A DNA stretch of 64,000 nucleotides from a virus. Positions 1-10,965 of this stretch are shown here, one piece after another (the first letter of the stretch is position 1; each line of letters opens with the position of its first letter). The stretch spans positions 171,395 through 235,394 of IMG/VR virus record IMGVR_UViG_3300015263_000944. One strand, 5' to 3'. The notes beneath the pieces are model-generated. The model made no database searches. It was not told where the DNA came from and saw nothing but the letters and a program-made list of their open reading frames with translations. The position numbers were made by a program, and so were the translations under genes.

Positions 1-796
1 GATCTCCCTTCCCAGAGATCGTTGCTCCCCAACCAGTCGTAGAAGATCCATCGATGATGGCGTTGGTCGTGAACCCACTGGTTGAGTCATCGAAGATAAA
101 AACCTGTCGAGGGAAACCGGGCTCTGGGTTGGATGTCACCCAGAGACGGCCCGCATCTGTGTCTAAAGACACGCATCGACCGAACGAATGGTTGTCTCCG
201 GTTTCGACGACAACTCCTCGAATCTTCTGATAGAAGCTCCAAGTGGAACCACTGCGAGTGTAGATCCAGACTGCACCATTGTCTGTATCATAAGCCATTG
301 ACGAGATAGCAATCATGTCTTGGCCTAGATCAATTGAGTTGCCAAAGTTACCGCTCAAAATACGATCATCTGAGGTTCCATCCAAAGCCACAATTTTTTG
401 TTGGAACGACCAAGTGCCGCCCGACAAAGTATAGATGTAAACGGCTCCCGCTGCTGTGAGAGAGTTGGAGCCATCTGCATCCAAATTGTCCCCTGTTGCA
501 GAAATCGCCATCGTGTCGCCGTACACAGATACGTTGTATCCAAACAATGCGTACTGGTGCCTGTGAGGCGACACGATCTTTTGTCGCTGAACGTACTGCC
601 GTTGATTCCTCTGGTACACAAAAACCGCACCAGCCGAAGCCGTACCATCACCCCCGACCGCATTGAAATCATGAAACGGCCAGCCAGTCACAGCCCACAG
701 GCCATCGACGGCTGTGGAAATGACGAATCCGTCACCAGCCGCTCTGACATCTGGGACGAGCTTTTGGACTTGAGTGTAGGTTACAGTTTGACTCAT
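1..796 (-). CDS. FG-GAP (integrin-alpha-like beta-propeller) repeat protein; the 3' end of the gene runs off the window start
   Basis: Hand translation of minus strand from ATG at 796-794. About five ~55-aa repeats with FG..S..GD..IAIS..D.DG.N..GAVYIYT..GGTWSFQQKI pattern. Start sits 2 nt after the PhoH stop. Not in the ORF track because no stop lies in the window. Confidence 0.6.
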   Translation of the reverse strand, partial: MSQTVTYTQVQKLVPDVRAAGDGFVISTAVDGLWAVTGWPFHDFNAVGGDGTASAGAVFVYQRNQRQYVQRQKIVSPHRHQYALFGYNVSVYGDTMAISATGDNLDADGSNSLTAAGAVYIYTLSGGTWSFQQKIVALDGTSDDRILSGNFGNSIDLGQDMIAISSMAYDTDNGAVWIYTRSGSTWSFYQKIRGVVVETGDNHSFGRCVSLDTDAGRLWVTSNPEPGFPRQVFIFDDSTSGFTTNAIIDGSSTTGWGATISGKGD

Positions 797-798
797 TC

Positions 799-1491
799 TT
801 ATCCTTCGAGAGCTTCAATGATCCTTCCGACCAATGGGTGTCGGACGATCTGCTGCGGCTTAAATTGGACAAATCCAACTCCCGGCACGCCGTGCAATCT
901 GTGCATCACGTTGGTCAGAGCAACTTCGCCGCCGAGGTCGCTTTGTGATGGGTCGCCGGTGAGGATCACCTTTGAGTTTTCTCCGAATCGAGTGAGGAAC
1001 AACTTTAGCTGCATCATGGATGCGTTTTGAGCTTCGTCAAAAATGCAGACAGCATCGTCAAATGTTCGGCCTCGCATGTAAGCAATAGGGGCCACTTCGA
1101 GGGCACTATTGATCTTGTCTCTCCATGGAGAATTGTCGTCTGATCGACCGACAAGTTTATCTATGCAGTCATACATGGGCATCATGTAAGGATGCACTTT
1201 TTCTTCGAATTCTCCGGGGAGAAAACCGAGCTTTTCACCAGATTCCACGATGGGCCGGGTGATGACAATCTTTCGCTTCTCTTTGTTTAAGATCTGCTCG
1301 ATAGCAAACGCACAGGCAAGGTAGCTTTTGCCTGTACCGGCTGGGCCAGTCATAAACAGAACGTCGTGTTGTTTGAATGCGGCCCAAGCAAGTCCTTGAG
1401 CTTCATTCTTGAATTCGATGTGAAACGATCCGTTTCCAGAGGGTCGCCTAGCTCGTGTTTGCTGTGTTGGCTTAGGTGGTTTTCTTGGCAT
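799..1491 (-). CDS. phoH: PhoH-like ATPase
   Basis: Walker A GPAGTGKS; whole length matches the PhoH family (ITGDPSQSDL, RGRTFDDAVCIFDEAQN). Common phage auxiliary gene. Confidence 0.9.
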   Translation of the reverse strand: MPRKPPKPTQQTRARRPSGNGSFHIEFKNEAQGLAWAAFKQHDVLFMTGPAGTGKSYLACAFAIEQILNKEKRKIVITRPIVESGEKLGFLPGEFEEKVHPYMMPMYDCIDKLVGRSDDNSPWRDKINSALEVAPIAYMRGRTFDDAVCIFDEAQNASMMQLKLFLTRFGENSKVILTGDPSQSDLGGEVALTNVMHRLHGVPGVGFVQFKPQQIVRHPLVGRIIEALEG

Positions 1492-1552
1492 TTTGCTCCT
1501 TACCAGTTCGAATGAACCTTGTTGTGTTATTTATGAGAGGAAGAGCCAAAAG

Positions 1553-1590
1553 AAAAACCCTATCATGGTTGGGACATGATAGGGTTCTCA
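1553..1590 (-). terminator. Intrinsic-terminator-like hairpin (perfect 10-bp stem CCCTATCATG/CATGATAGGG) with a T-run on the minus strand
   Basis: Stem 1558-1567 / 1575-1584, 7-nt loop. On the minus strand the stem is followed by TTTTTCTTTT. Sits in the 300-bp PhoH upstream intergenic region. Confidence 0.35.
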
Positions 1591-1890
1591 ACTTCCCACA
1601 GAAAGCGTCTGGCGCATCATTCAACAACAGCGACCTCCCTCTGCCGTCACGTCTGCACTTAATAAACAAGCCAACCACGTCGATTTGAGGACTACACCAA
1701 TTGGAATTTTGGGCCTCTCATGCGGTTATTGAGAGCCCCCTCATCCTCACGACTTTCCCACCTCAGACTTGCTTAATCAACGGGAAGGATGAATGCCCGA
1801 GCGTTACCAGTGCTTACAGATGACTGGAGTTGGGTCAGGCTTTCATATTATACACTGAGAAATCTCTTTCTGCCAAGGCTAAATATCCAC

Positions 1891-2346
1891 ATGATGAGGT
1901 TTAAGGAATTCGTACAAAACATGTCCGCCGAAGACATGGATGAGGAAAAGAGGGACATACAACAAACCCTCGGAAAACTTCCTCCATCCCATGCCAATTT
2001 GGTCAAAGGATTCAAGTGGAAGTTCCAGAGCGGTAACACGCTTCATGGGGACGACGAGCATGTTGGCTACATGGACGATCAGTCCAAAGAAATCGCCGTG
2101 GCCGCACCATGGAATTACGGTCGAGAATTTACCGTTCTGCACGAAGTTGCCCATCGTGTCTGGGAACTGCTTCCCCGACCACTGAAGCAACAGTGGGCAA
2201 ATGTCGTAGCCCACACTGAGAAAAAGCAGAATCAGAGTCCAGAAGAGTTGTTCTGTATGGCATACGCTAACCATTATGCCAAGAACAAGATTGTGATCCA
2301 CGATCACCCACAATGGCACGAGTTTATCAAGAATCTACCGCAATGA
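1891..2346 (+). CDS. Hypothetical HExxH protein with CTS-like N-terminus (MMRFKEFVQN); start placed at internal Met
   Basis: ORF 1789-2346; internal start MMRFKEF matches the N-terminal motif family; HEVAHRVWE zinc-peptidase-like motif. ATGA overlap with next gene. Confidence 0.45.
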   Translation: MMRFKEFVQNMSAEDMDEEKRDIQQTLGKLPPSHANLVKGFKWKFQSGNTLHGDDEHVGYMDDQSKEIAVAAPWNYGREFTVLHEVAHRVWELLPRPLKQQWANVVAHTEKKQNQSPEELFCMAYANHYAKNKIVIHDHPQWHEFIKNLPQ

Positions 2347-3041
2347 CGTTTAGAGATTGGCTACAACTAGATGAAGCAAGAATGAAGGGGTTCAAGAGGC
2401 ACTTTCTTAAGATGCACCCCCATGTGCCAAAGTATGTCGCCCATCAGATGTACACAAATCGACTCGGGCCAGAGCTAGACCGATCCATCAGAACCTATGG
2501 AAGCGTTGCGCCAACAGTCCTTCAGATACCAGAGCCAGTTGACCTACAAGCAACCACTATCGATCATCGTCCCGCTGGCAGCCCTCGGCCTTCGCCAAGC
2601 GAACTTCTGAGAGACAGGGATTTCTTGAAAGACATTGTTTGGGAGAAACGCCCGAGAACAATAGAAGTCGGCCCGCTCGATTTCGATCAAGGCACCCTTG
2701 GCCTGTTCCTCCAATGGAGATTCGGATTTGCGCCCAAAAATCAACTGGTCAGAAACGACACGAACCGATTCGCTGTACAAAGAAAGAAACTGATCGACCA
2801 AATCGCCGGGGATAACGAGCCAATCATCATCGTCAAAGAAGGCAACAAATATCGCCTATTGGAAGGATATCACAGAACGATGATCTTCCTGCTCTGGCCC
2901 TATCAAGATGTGCCGGGCGCACCGCCAGATCAGATTGAAATCTTAGAAAAAGGTGGAGACCCCAACCTGCTCGACTTTGCCAAGTGGTTGAGAGTCCCCA
3001 TCAAAGCGTACATTGGAACTAAGTCTGGGCTTGCTGCATAA
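2343..3041 (+). CDS. ParB/Srx-like nuclease-domain protein with CTS-like N-terminus (MTFRDWLQLDE)
   Basis: Start ATG overlaps upstream stop (ATGA). KYRLLEGYHRT resembles the ParB N-terminal DGHHR motif. Confidence 0.45.
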   Translation: MTFRDWLQLDEARMKGFKRHFLKMHPHVPKYVAHQMYTNRLGPELDRSIRTYGSVAPTVLQIPEPVDLQATTIDHRPAGSPRPSPSELLRDRDFLKDIVWEKRPRTIEVGPLDFDQGTLGLFLQWRFGFAPKNQLVRNDTNRFAVQRKKLIDQIAGDNEPIIIVKEGNKYRLLEGYHRTMIFLLWPYQDVPGAPPDQIEILEKGGDPNLLDFAKWLRVPIKAYIGTKSGLAA

Positions 3042-3753
3042 GCTTCGGCACTTTGCCCATCGCCTCTTCACTGATCTGTTCGTATTCACTGGGATCGCCA
3101 CTGAAGATCTTGTAGTGATGCACAATGGAGTTTCCTGTTGCTTGCGGCTTGTGGCCTTTGAATTGGGCACGCAGCGTCATGATGAACGCTCCTCCCACCA
3201 GTGGGAGTTCTTCCGGCCATGGCCCAATATCATCCCAGCACTTACGGCTGATGAGCATACACCATTCCTGAATGAACTGTACCTTTTGTTTCTGGATGTA
3301 GTATTCATTCAGTTGTACGCCCACAATGCCAGCCCCTTTAGAGATCGAGATGTTGATCAAGATGTCCAGCCATGCTGGATTCAGGACGGCGGTGTCACAG
3401 TGGAGGAAGACGAAGTAGCTGGAACGGGGATCGGCCATTGCCACGCCTTGATTGCAGGCGGCTGACCAATACTTGTTCTCCTTGTTGCGGACAACCTTGA
3501 TTCCTTCAGATTCCAAGACACTCAAATAGTCCTTGGTCTCAGGATCATCAGATGCGTTGTCAACGACAATGACTTCGTAGTTGGCTAAATGACTACAGAC
3601 GTGAATCGACTGCAAGCAGATGTTGAGATATTCTGGCTTGTTGTGATGAACGACGATGATCGAGACTTGTTCGTCACGGCCATCCTCCAAATCGATTCGA
3701 AGATCAGGAACTCCTGATGGAGATTCAAGCGGGTTATGCGGTTGGTCTGTCAT
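3019..3753 (-). CDS. Glycosyltransferase family 2
   Basis: VSIIVVHHNKPEYL (GT-A N-terminal motif), VIVVDNASDD, HCD; about 240 aa, typical GT2. Confidence 0.7.
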   Translation of the reverse strand: MTDQPHNPLESPSGVPDLRIDLEDGRDEQVSIIVVHHNKPEYLNICLQSIHVCSHLANYEVIVVDNASDDPETKDYLSVLESEGIKVVRNKENKYWSAACNQGVAMADPRSSYFVFLHCDTAVLNPAWLDILINISISKGAGIVGVQLNEYYIQKQKVQFIQEWCMLISRKCWDDIGPWPEELPLVGGAFIMTLRAQFKGHKPQATGNSIVHHYKIFSGDPSEYEQISEEAMGKVPKLMQQAQT

Positions 3754-3814
3754 ACTATTCCCTCCTTGTGCATATTACAGTAAGGAGGATACATATTCTT
3801 AAAGAGGTAATCAC

Positions 3815-3979
3815 ATGGAAGACACACAACTCCAAGCACAGGGCCTATTCGATGCTTTCAGGCTCCTTGACAAAGAATTGGTAGACAAGGTTCTAGCAAT
3901 CGCCAAAACCCTGAAGATCGAAGAACTCGATGGTGGGATCACCAGAATTACGATTGAACTGGTGAATCAGAAGAAGTGA
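3815..3979 (+). CDS. Small hypothetical protein (54 aa)
   Basis: ATG preceded by AAGAGG RBS; below the ORF-track length cutoff; translated by hand as MEDTQLQAQGLFDAFRLLDKELVDK... Confidence 0.3.
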   Translation: MEDTQLQAQGLFDAFRLLDKELVDKVLAIAKTLKIEELDGGITRITIELVNQKK

Positions 3980-4229
3980 CACCTTCGACTTCAACATCTG
4001 TGACCACGCCATATTCAATCACACAATCCACATCCTGCACCTTCTCGGTTCGGGGAAGCTGGTTCGTGTAAAGGTATTGGCGGATCACATCTGGATCGAT
4101 GTGGGCCTTCTCGACACTCACGAAAACGAACTCGCCCTCAACCTGACGGGCGATCTTCATCAGCATTGCTACTTTCATGCGAGGCTCTCCTGCAAATCTG
4201 GGAACGGGCCTTCGAGCCAAACACGGCAC
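3948..4229 (-). CDS. Hypothetical protein (real start may be at MKVAMLMKIARQ)
   Basis: ORF track only; no recognisable motif. Confidence 0.3.
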   Translation of the reverse strand: MPCLARRPVPRFAGEPRMKVAMLMKIARQVEGEFVFVSVEKAHIDPDVIRQYLYTNQLPRTEKVQDVDCVIEYGVVTDVEVEGVTSSDSPVQS

Positions 4230-4528
4230 AAAGGAGTGTCACGTCTCAACGTGATGATTTCTTTTCCAGCGTTAACCAGATCCACATAGATCTCTCCGCT
4301 CTCAAATGATCCCGGCGCATTGGCGGCAACCAATCCCTTTTCCGTCAGTTCGGGAACAAGCTGGAAACACAGTCTGTAGCCGTTGGCTACCTCAACATGT
4401 ACTCCCGTGCTCACCCTCTTCGCATACCGGGAGGGAAACTGGCCCGTCATCACTTCGCTCGGCGGGAATGCTGCCGAGAGAACATTGTCCTGCGGGATTT
4501 GTCCCTTTGTTACTTTCACTAATGGCAT
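4175..4528 (-). CDS. dUTPase / dCTP-deaminase fold protein (short)
   Basis: FESGEIYVDLVNAGKEIITLRRDTPLCRV resembles the dUTPase GxIDxxYxGE..N and RIAQL motifs. Start chosen at MPLVKV. Overlaps ORF 4392-4829. Confidence 0.4.
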   Translation of the reverse strand: MPLVKVTKGQIPQDNVLSAAFPPSEVMTGQFPSRYAKRVSTGVHVEVANGYRLCFQLVPELTEKGLVAANAPGSFESGEIYVDLVNAGKEIITLRRDTPLCRVWLEGPFPDLQESLA

Positions 4529-4829
4529 TTCGATTCTCCTCTTGCTGTTGTTCTCTTCTGCGTTGCTCACGAACACGAGCAATCATCAAGTTGAAGTTTT
4601 TACGGAATGACTTCAATGCACTGGTCGGGTACTGTGCCGCCAGTTCGATCAAGCCATTCTCTGTGTATTCGTCAAACCCTTGAAGTCTGATCCAATCAGA
4701 GATGACCCCGAAGGTTAGTTGGCGGTTAGGGCCAACTCGGTGATCTTCACTCTTAAGTCTGTCTGGTACAAGAATCTTCGCTTGAATAGCGTTACCTTCA
4801 CGTCTTGCCATATTTTTCTCCTGTTTCAT
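4392..4829 (-). CDS. Hypothetical protein; 3' end overlaps the dUTPase-fold ORF
   Basis: ORF track; internal start MARREGNAIQAK plausible; basic Q/R-rich middle. Confidence 0.3.
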   Translation of the reverse strand: MKQEKNMARREGNAIQAKILVPDRLKSEDHRVGPNRQLTFGVISDWIRLQGFDEYTENGLIELAAQYPTSALKSFRKNFNLMIARVREQRRREQQQEENRNAISESNKGTNPAGQCSLGSIPAERSDDGPVSLPVCEEGEHGSTC

Positions 4830-5151
4830 ACAATTGGCTGTGTTCAGCCTTGGCTTCTTCTGCCTTCTGATAGATATCTTCAGACGCTTCGAAAAAGTTC
4901 TCAGGCAGATTATTGATGGCGTCGAGGTACTCGAAAATCTTGTCCGAGTAGGGAGTTTCTTTGTTATTCTGATACGCCTTCCGAGCGATGATGTCGATGC
5001 TCAGAATCTCCTCCTTCTGGACCCCATTGACCATCATGGACACCTTAGCGGGGGTCAAGAAGCGAACATCTTGGATTTCGATCTCGTGAGGCATAGAAGT
5101 GGCTACCAAAGGAGCTTGTGCCTCATACTTGAAGTGTTTTTGCTCTGACAT
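4798..5151 (-). CDS. Hypothetical protein
   Basis: ORF track; tidy tiling with neighbours. Confidence 0.4.
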   Translation of the reverse strand: MSEQKHFKYEAQAPLVATSMPHEIEIQDVRFLTPAKVSMMVNGVQKEEILSIDIIARKAYQNNKETPYSDKIFEYLDAINNLPENFFEASEDIYQKAEEAKAEHSQLYETGEKYGKT

Positions 5152-5172
5152 GACATAAATAGAGTAACGACT

Positions 5173-5600
5173 ATGGGCAAATTCAAAGAATTCCTACTCA
5201 CTGAAGAAATTGGCCTCGGCGATCTCGGCCAGCGAATTGACAGTCTCATGAACAGTCAAAAGTTCGGCAACCAGATCGGCGGTGCATTTGCATCGACTGA
5301 CGTAACTGGCTCCGAGATGGGACCGACCATGGGTTTTGCTGGTCACTCCCTGTGGCTGCCATCGACCGACTTGACCGTTCCATCTGTGGAACGAACAGGG
5401 CGCATCACCACTCTGCTGTTGAAGCGTAACCCGATCTATGTCAGGCTCTCCGATGGCACAGAAGCGAACTTTTCCTACGAGGAATATCGCCGCATCGAAG
5501 GCAGCCCTGCATTGGGAAAGACAATGACCCTCATCTTCCAGCGACATCCAGAGGATCAGACCTCTGGATACTCGAAGATCGACAAAGCCATTGTGCGTGA

Positions 5601-5604
<4 letters not shown>
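5173..5604 (+). CDS. Hypothetical protein with CTS-like N-terminus (MGKFKEFLLTEE)
   Basis: N-terminal motif family member; CATAAATA element 15 bp upstream. Confidence 0.5.
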
Positions 5605-7788
<2,184 letters not shown>

Positions 7789-7800
7789 CGATTTGTCTAT

Positions 7801-8385
7801 ATGCCGCCGCCAAAAACAGGCACAACCACCATTTCTTCAATCCTTTTTGAAGAATACGAGGTGGACTACTGGGACTTCAAAGATACTGTGCCTGTAAGGC
7901 TGGAGATTACTGACCCCAAAGGCTACGTCTGGCCCCGCCACATCATACACCTGCCAGAAGAACTTCAGGACTACTTTGTCTTTGCAACAATTCGCAACCC
8001 GTATCGACACACTCTGTCACAATACTGGAATCAATGCTTTGTCAAAAAGAAAAAAGTGTCGATGGCTGGTTTCCACAAATACCTATCTGCCCCGAGACTA
8101 CAGAGCTTTTACCACCTGTTACACAGGAACGAAGACTACAAACCACCAAAAGGTTGCGTTCATTTCGAAATCCACAAATACCTTGACACGGAGCGTCTTA
8201 CAGAGGGATTCAACGAACTACCATTTGTGCAAACGCCTGTGCGATTGCAGCACCTCAAGGCATCAATCAAAGACAATTTGTGTTACACGGAAGAGATGGC
8301 CCAACTCGTGTTAGAAAAGCGTCGATGCGACTTTGACTTCTTCGGATATGACACGAAGATACCGGAGGATCTATGTTCGTTGTGA
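7801..8385 (+). CDS. Sulfotransferase-family protein
   Basis: PKTGTTT (5'-PSB P-loop-like) and RNPYRHTLSQY (3'-PB) motifs. ORF track starts at 7768; Met at 7801 avoids overlap with divergent gene. Confidence 0.5.
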   Translation: MPPPKTGTTTISSILFEEYEVDYWDFKDTVPVRLEITDPKGYVWPRHIIHLPEELQDYFVFATIRNPYRHTLSQYWNQCFVKKKKVSMAGFHKYLSAPRLQSFYHLLHRNEDYKPPKGCVHFEIHKYLDTERLTEGFNELPFVQTPVRLQHLKASIKDNLCYTEEMAQLVLEKRRCDFDFFGYDTKIPEDLCSL

Positions 8386-9209
8386 CGCCCAGACTCAAGA
8401 TCGTAGCAACCATCCTCGCCAAGAACGAAGAGGACATCATCGCCCAAACGATTGAGCACCATCTCAAGCAGGGTGTCTGGAAGATCATCTTTACAGACAA
8501 CAATTCGACGGACGACACTCGCCGAATCGCCGAAAAATACCCCGAGGTGGTCGAGGTTATTGACGAGCCGGGGAACGACCATAATCAATCGCTGTGGGTC
8601 ACTAGAATGGCTCAGATCGCTTGTAAGCTAGATCCAGACTGGATCATCCACTTGGATGCTGATGAGCACTGGGGCGGCTTGATGGCCCTCTCAGAGATCT
8701 CTGCCGAAGTGGCAGGTTGCACCCGGATGTACCTACATCCGCCCATCGATTGGGAGTTCGACTTAGAACAGATGAGTCCCTATCTGGACTTCGACGACAT
8801 TCCCATTCCTCAAGAATGTAAAATTGCCCACCGACCCGATCCAAAAATTGTAATCAGCCATGGCAATCATGGTGTAGAAACTGGGCAATCCATAGAATTC
8901 ACCAAAAGGGTCTGGCGGCACCACTATCCCATCAGATCATACAAGCAGTGGGAACGCAAGTCTTTGGGCCACGAGGCACTTCTTAGAAGAAATGCCGTAT
9001 GTGAAAGATGGAAGATGTGGTATGATTCCCTCTCTTCAGGAGATCTTTCCGGCCAGTACGAGAGAATTATTAGAAGCTGGCGTGCTATGATAAAGAGCCC
9101 AAATTGCGAGGATTTCCTGCAATTGCTTGAGTTTTGGGCAACCCCTGATATGCAACAGTTCTTTAAGAAAAATGGCATGATGCCAAAGGTGAGGAAACAT
9201 GCGAAGTAA
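8373..9209 (+). CDS. Glycosyltransferase family 2-like
   Basis: IVATILAKNEEDII, DADEHW (DxD-like). Confidence 0.55.
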   Translation: MFVVTPRLKIVATILAKNEEDIIAQTIEHHLKQGVWKIIFTDNNSTDDTRRIAEKYPEVVEVIDEPGNDHNQSLWVTRMAQIACKLDPDWIIHLDADEHWGGLMALSEISAEVAGCTRMYLHPPIDWEFDLEQMSPYLDFDDIPIPQECKIAHRPDPKIVISHGNHGVETGQSIEFTKRVWRHHYPIRSYKQWERKSLGHEALLRRNAVCERWKMWYDSLSSGDLSGQYERIIRSWRAMIKSPNCEDFLQLLEFWATPDMQQFFKKNGMMPKVRKHAK

Positions 9210-9672
9210 GGTTGTGTTGGTTCGGGGCTGGGGTAGGGTTGCCGAACAGATCACACTAGGAGAATTCGAAAGAATCAACGCTGATTATGTCGTGTTGATC
9301 ACGGCACTGAGATACCCCTCAACCTTGCCAGAGGAATACTCTGGCTTCGAAGCCGATCCTACATCCATGTACACAGATGCCAAGAGCATTCTGCACTACT
9401 GGGCATTGCACGACCAACACTATATGGTCGCCGCCGAATATGCCAACATCGTTACCAGCCGATCAGGCAAAGAGATCAAGGCTGTTGAAGGCAACTCGCT
9501 GGAGATCGACTGGTGGTATGACACAGTGAGAAACTACCACCGCCACTTCGGCCAGACCGTCATCGATGCCCGTGTTTTGTATGATGAAGGCAAGTGCCTC
9601 ATTATTGATGGCATCAAGCACTCATTGGAACATGGGATCGAACTACTCCGACCCCAGCCATTTCTGGGATAA
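9199..9672 (+). CDS. Hypothetical protein
   Basis: ORF track; coupled to upstream GT. Confidence 0.4.
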   Translation: MRSKVVLVRGWGRVAEQITLGEFERINADYVVLITALRYPSTLPEEYSGFEADPTSMYTDAKSILHYWALHDQHYMVAAEYANIVTSRSGKEIKAVEGNSLEIDWWYDTVRNYHRHFGQTVIDARVLYDEGKCLIIDGIKHSLEHGIELLRPQPFLG

Positions 9673-10284
9673 CTGAATCAACCGCTGCGCCTGCTGGTGA
9701 TCGAAGACATCATTGCAGCACCCAGTCTTGCTTTCCAGATGAGCTTTGACTCGCTCAGTCTGCTCCCACTCCTCTTTGAGAATGCCGAGCATGATAGAGT
9801 CGTAGTATCTTCCAGACTTGAACACGGCACGGCGACGACGCCCTTCGACCTTCATGCCTAGATGGCCGATCTCAAGCTTCTGAGCGGCAGCGTGTGTCTC
9901 TAGCACTTCTGCTTGGACTCGCTGCATATTGAGCACCTCGAAACAGAAGTCGAGCCCGCAAGAGAAGGCAGGCTTAACGATCTCTTCCATCTTGCGGCTC
10001 TCTTTGAAGACGGAGCCACTGAGATTCAACGTCCGAGCAAACCAATCAATGTCGGTGAACAGAGCAATTCCAATGGCGTTGTTGTGCCCTGTGTTGCCCT
10101 CGCCTTCAGCCATCATCGCCAAGTTGTTGTGCCCGAGACTCTCGTACCACTTCAATTGATCTTCTGCGTTGATGATCGACGTTCCATGGGTGCCCCACCA
10201 GCTTTCGCTCTTCAAAGCCATCAAGGCGTGCAAGTCTCCCTTGTGCAACTTCCTTAGTGTAATTCCCTCTTTGTGCTTATACAT
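9643..10284 (-). CDS. GNAT-family N-acetyltransferase (RimL-like)
   Basis: QRVQAEVLETHAAAQKL and GMKVEGRRRRAVFKSGRYYDSIMLGILKEEW, typical GNAT motifs A/B. Confidence 0.65.
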   Translation of the reverse strand: MYKHKEGITLRKLHKGDLHALMALKSESWWGTHGTSIINAEDQLKWYESLGHNNLAMMAEGEGNTGHNNAIGIALFTDIDWFARTLNLSGSVFKESRKMEEIVKPAFSCGLDFCFEVLNMQRVQAEVLETHAAAQKLEIGHLGMKVEGRRRRAVFKSGRYYDSIMLGILKEEWEQTERVKAHLESKTGCCNDVFDHQQAQRLIQLSQKWLGSE

Positions 10285-10532
10285 CAGAATCCCTCCAATC
10301 TCCAGTTAGGTCGCAAATCGACAATCTCAAATTCTTGTGTGAAAGTAATGAGTCCTTTTTCGTACCAAGGCCAGAGAAGACTGCGTGCGTGTCTTGTCAG
10401 CCCTTTGACAATCTCCCCGGCCTCGAAAACTTGCTCAACATACAAGCCATTCGACAACTGCATCTCGAACGCCAAATCCTCATTGGAAATGTTGCGTGCA
10501 GTGAACGTGTTCAAAAGCCTTCGTTCTTCCAT
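10284..10532 (-). CDS. Small hypothetical protein, C-terminus ...NWRLEGF (paralog 1 of 3)
   Basis: Three tandem overlapping 73-82 aa ORFs all ending W-x-x-EGF. Confidence 0.45.
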   Translation of the reverse strand: MEERRLLNTFTARNISNEDLAFEMQLSNGLYVEQVFEAGEIVKGLTRHARSLLWPWYEKGLITFTQEFEIVDLRPNWRLEGF

Positions 10533-10747
10533 TTGACCGGCTCAGCCCTTTCTCCTTGCAAAAACGCATGTTCTAAGAACTCGGGAGTGAGCCAATAGTT
10601 CGTCCCATCTTGAAATGGCGACAGATCTCCGTGGTCAGAATAGAAAAGAACCGATTCTCCTGCATCCAACACAATCACTTCGCCATTCGGCCTGTGGATC
10701 GTAATTGGCTCAGACTCTCTGTTCTTTATAACATAAGTGTGGCTCAA
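10511..10747 (-). CDS. Small hypothetical protein, C-terminus ...KWKNEGF (paralog 2 of 3)
   Basis: See above; start overlaps upstream stop. Confidence 0.45.
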   Translation of the reverse strand: MSHTYVIKNRESEPITIHRPNGEVIVLDAGESVLFYSDHGDLSPFQDGTNYWLTPEFLEHAFLQGERAEPVKWKNEGF

Positions 10748-10965
10748 AATCCCTCGATGGCCCAGTTGTGGACTTCACTCTGGTAAACATCCTCGTCCTT
10801 AAACCAACCCCACTCAACGAAATCCCACGTCTCGTCTGTGGGATATTCATCAGAGTCTTCGTAGATCGCTTTTTGTCCGGGGCGAAGTAACTCTGTGCGA
10901 CCGGAAGTAAAGTCGGCAAGCAACGCAACGTCACACACATTTGTCAAACAACAGACCATCAACAT
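10744..10965 (-). CDS. Small hypothetical protein, C-terminus ...NWAIEGF (paralog 3 of 3)
   Basis: See above. Confidence 0.45.
   Translation of the reverse strand: MLMVCCLTNVCDVALLADFTSGRTELLRPGQKAIYEDSDEYPTDETWDFVEWGWFKDEDVYQSEVHNWAIEGF

Noticed and set aside
398-1030. 210-aa plus-strand ORF
   Set aside because: Antisense to PhoH and the FG-GAP gene; R/S/C-rich composition typical of a shadow ORF.
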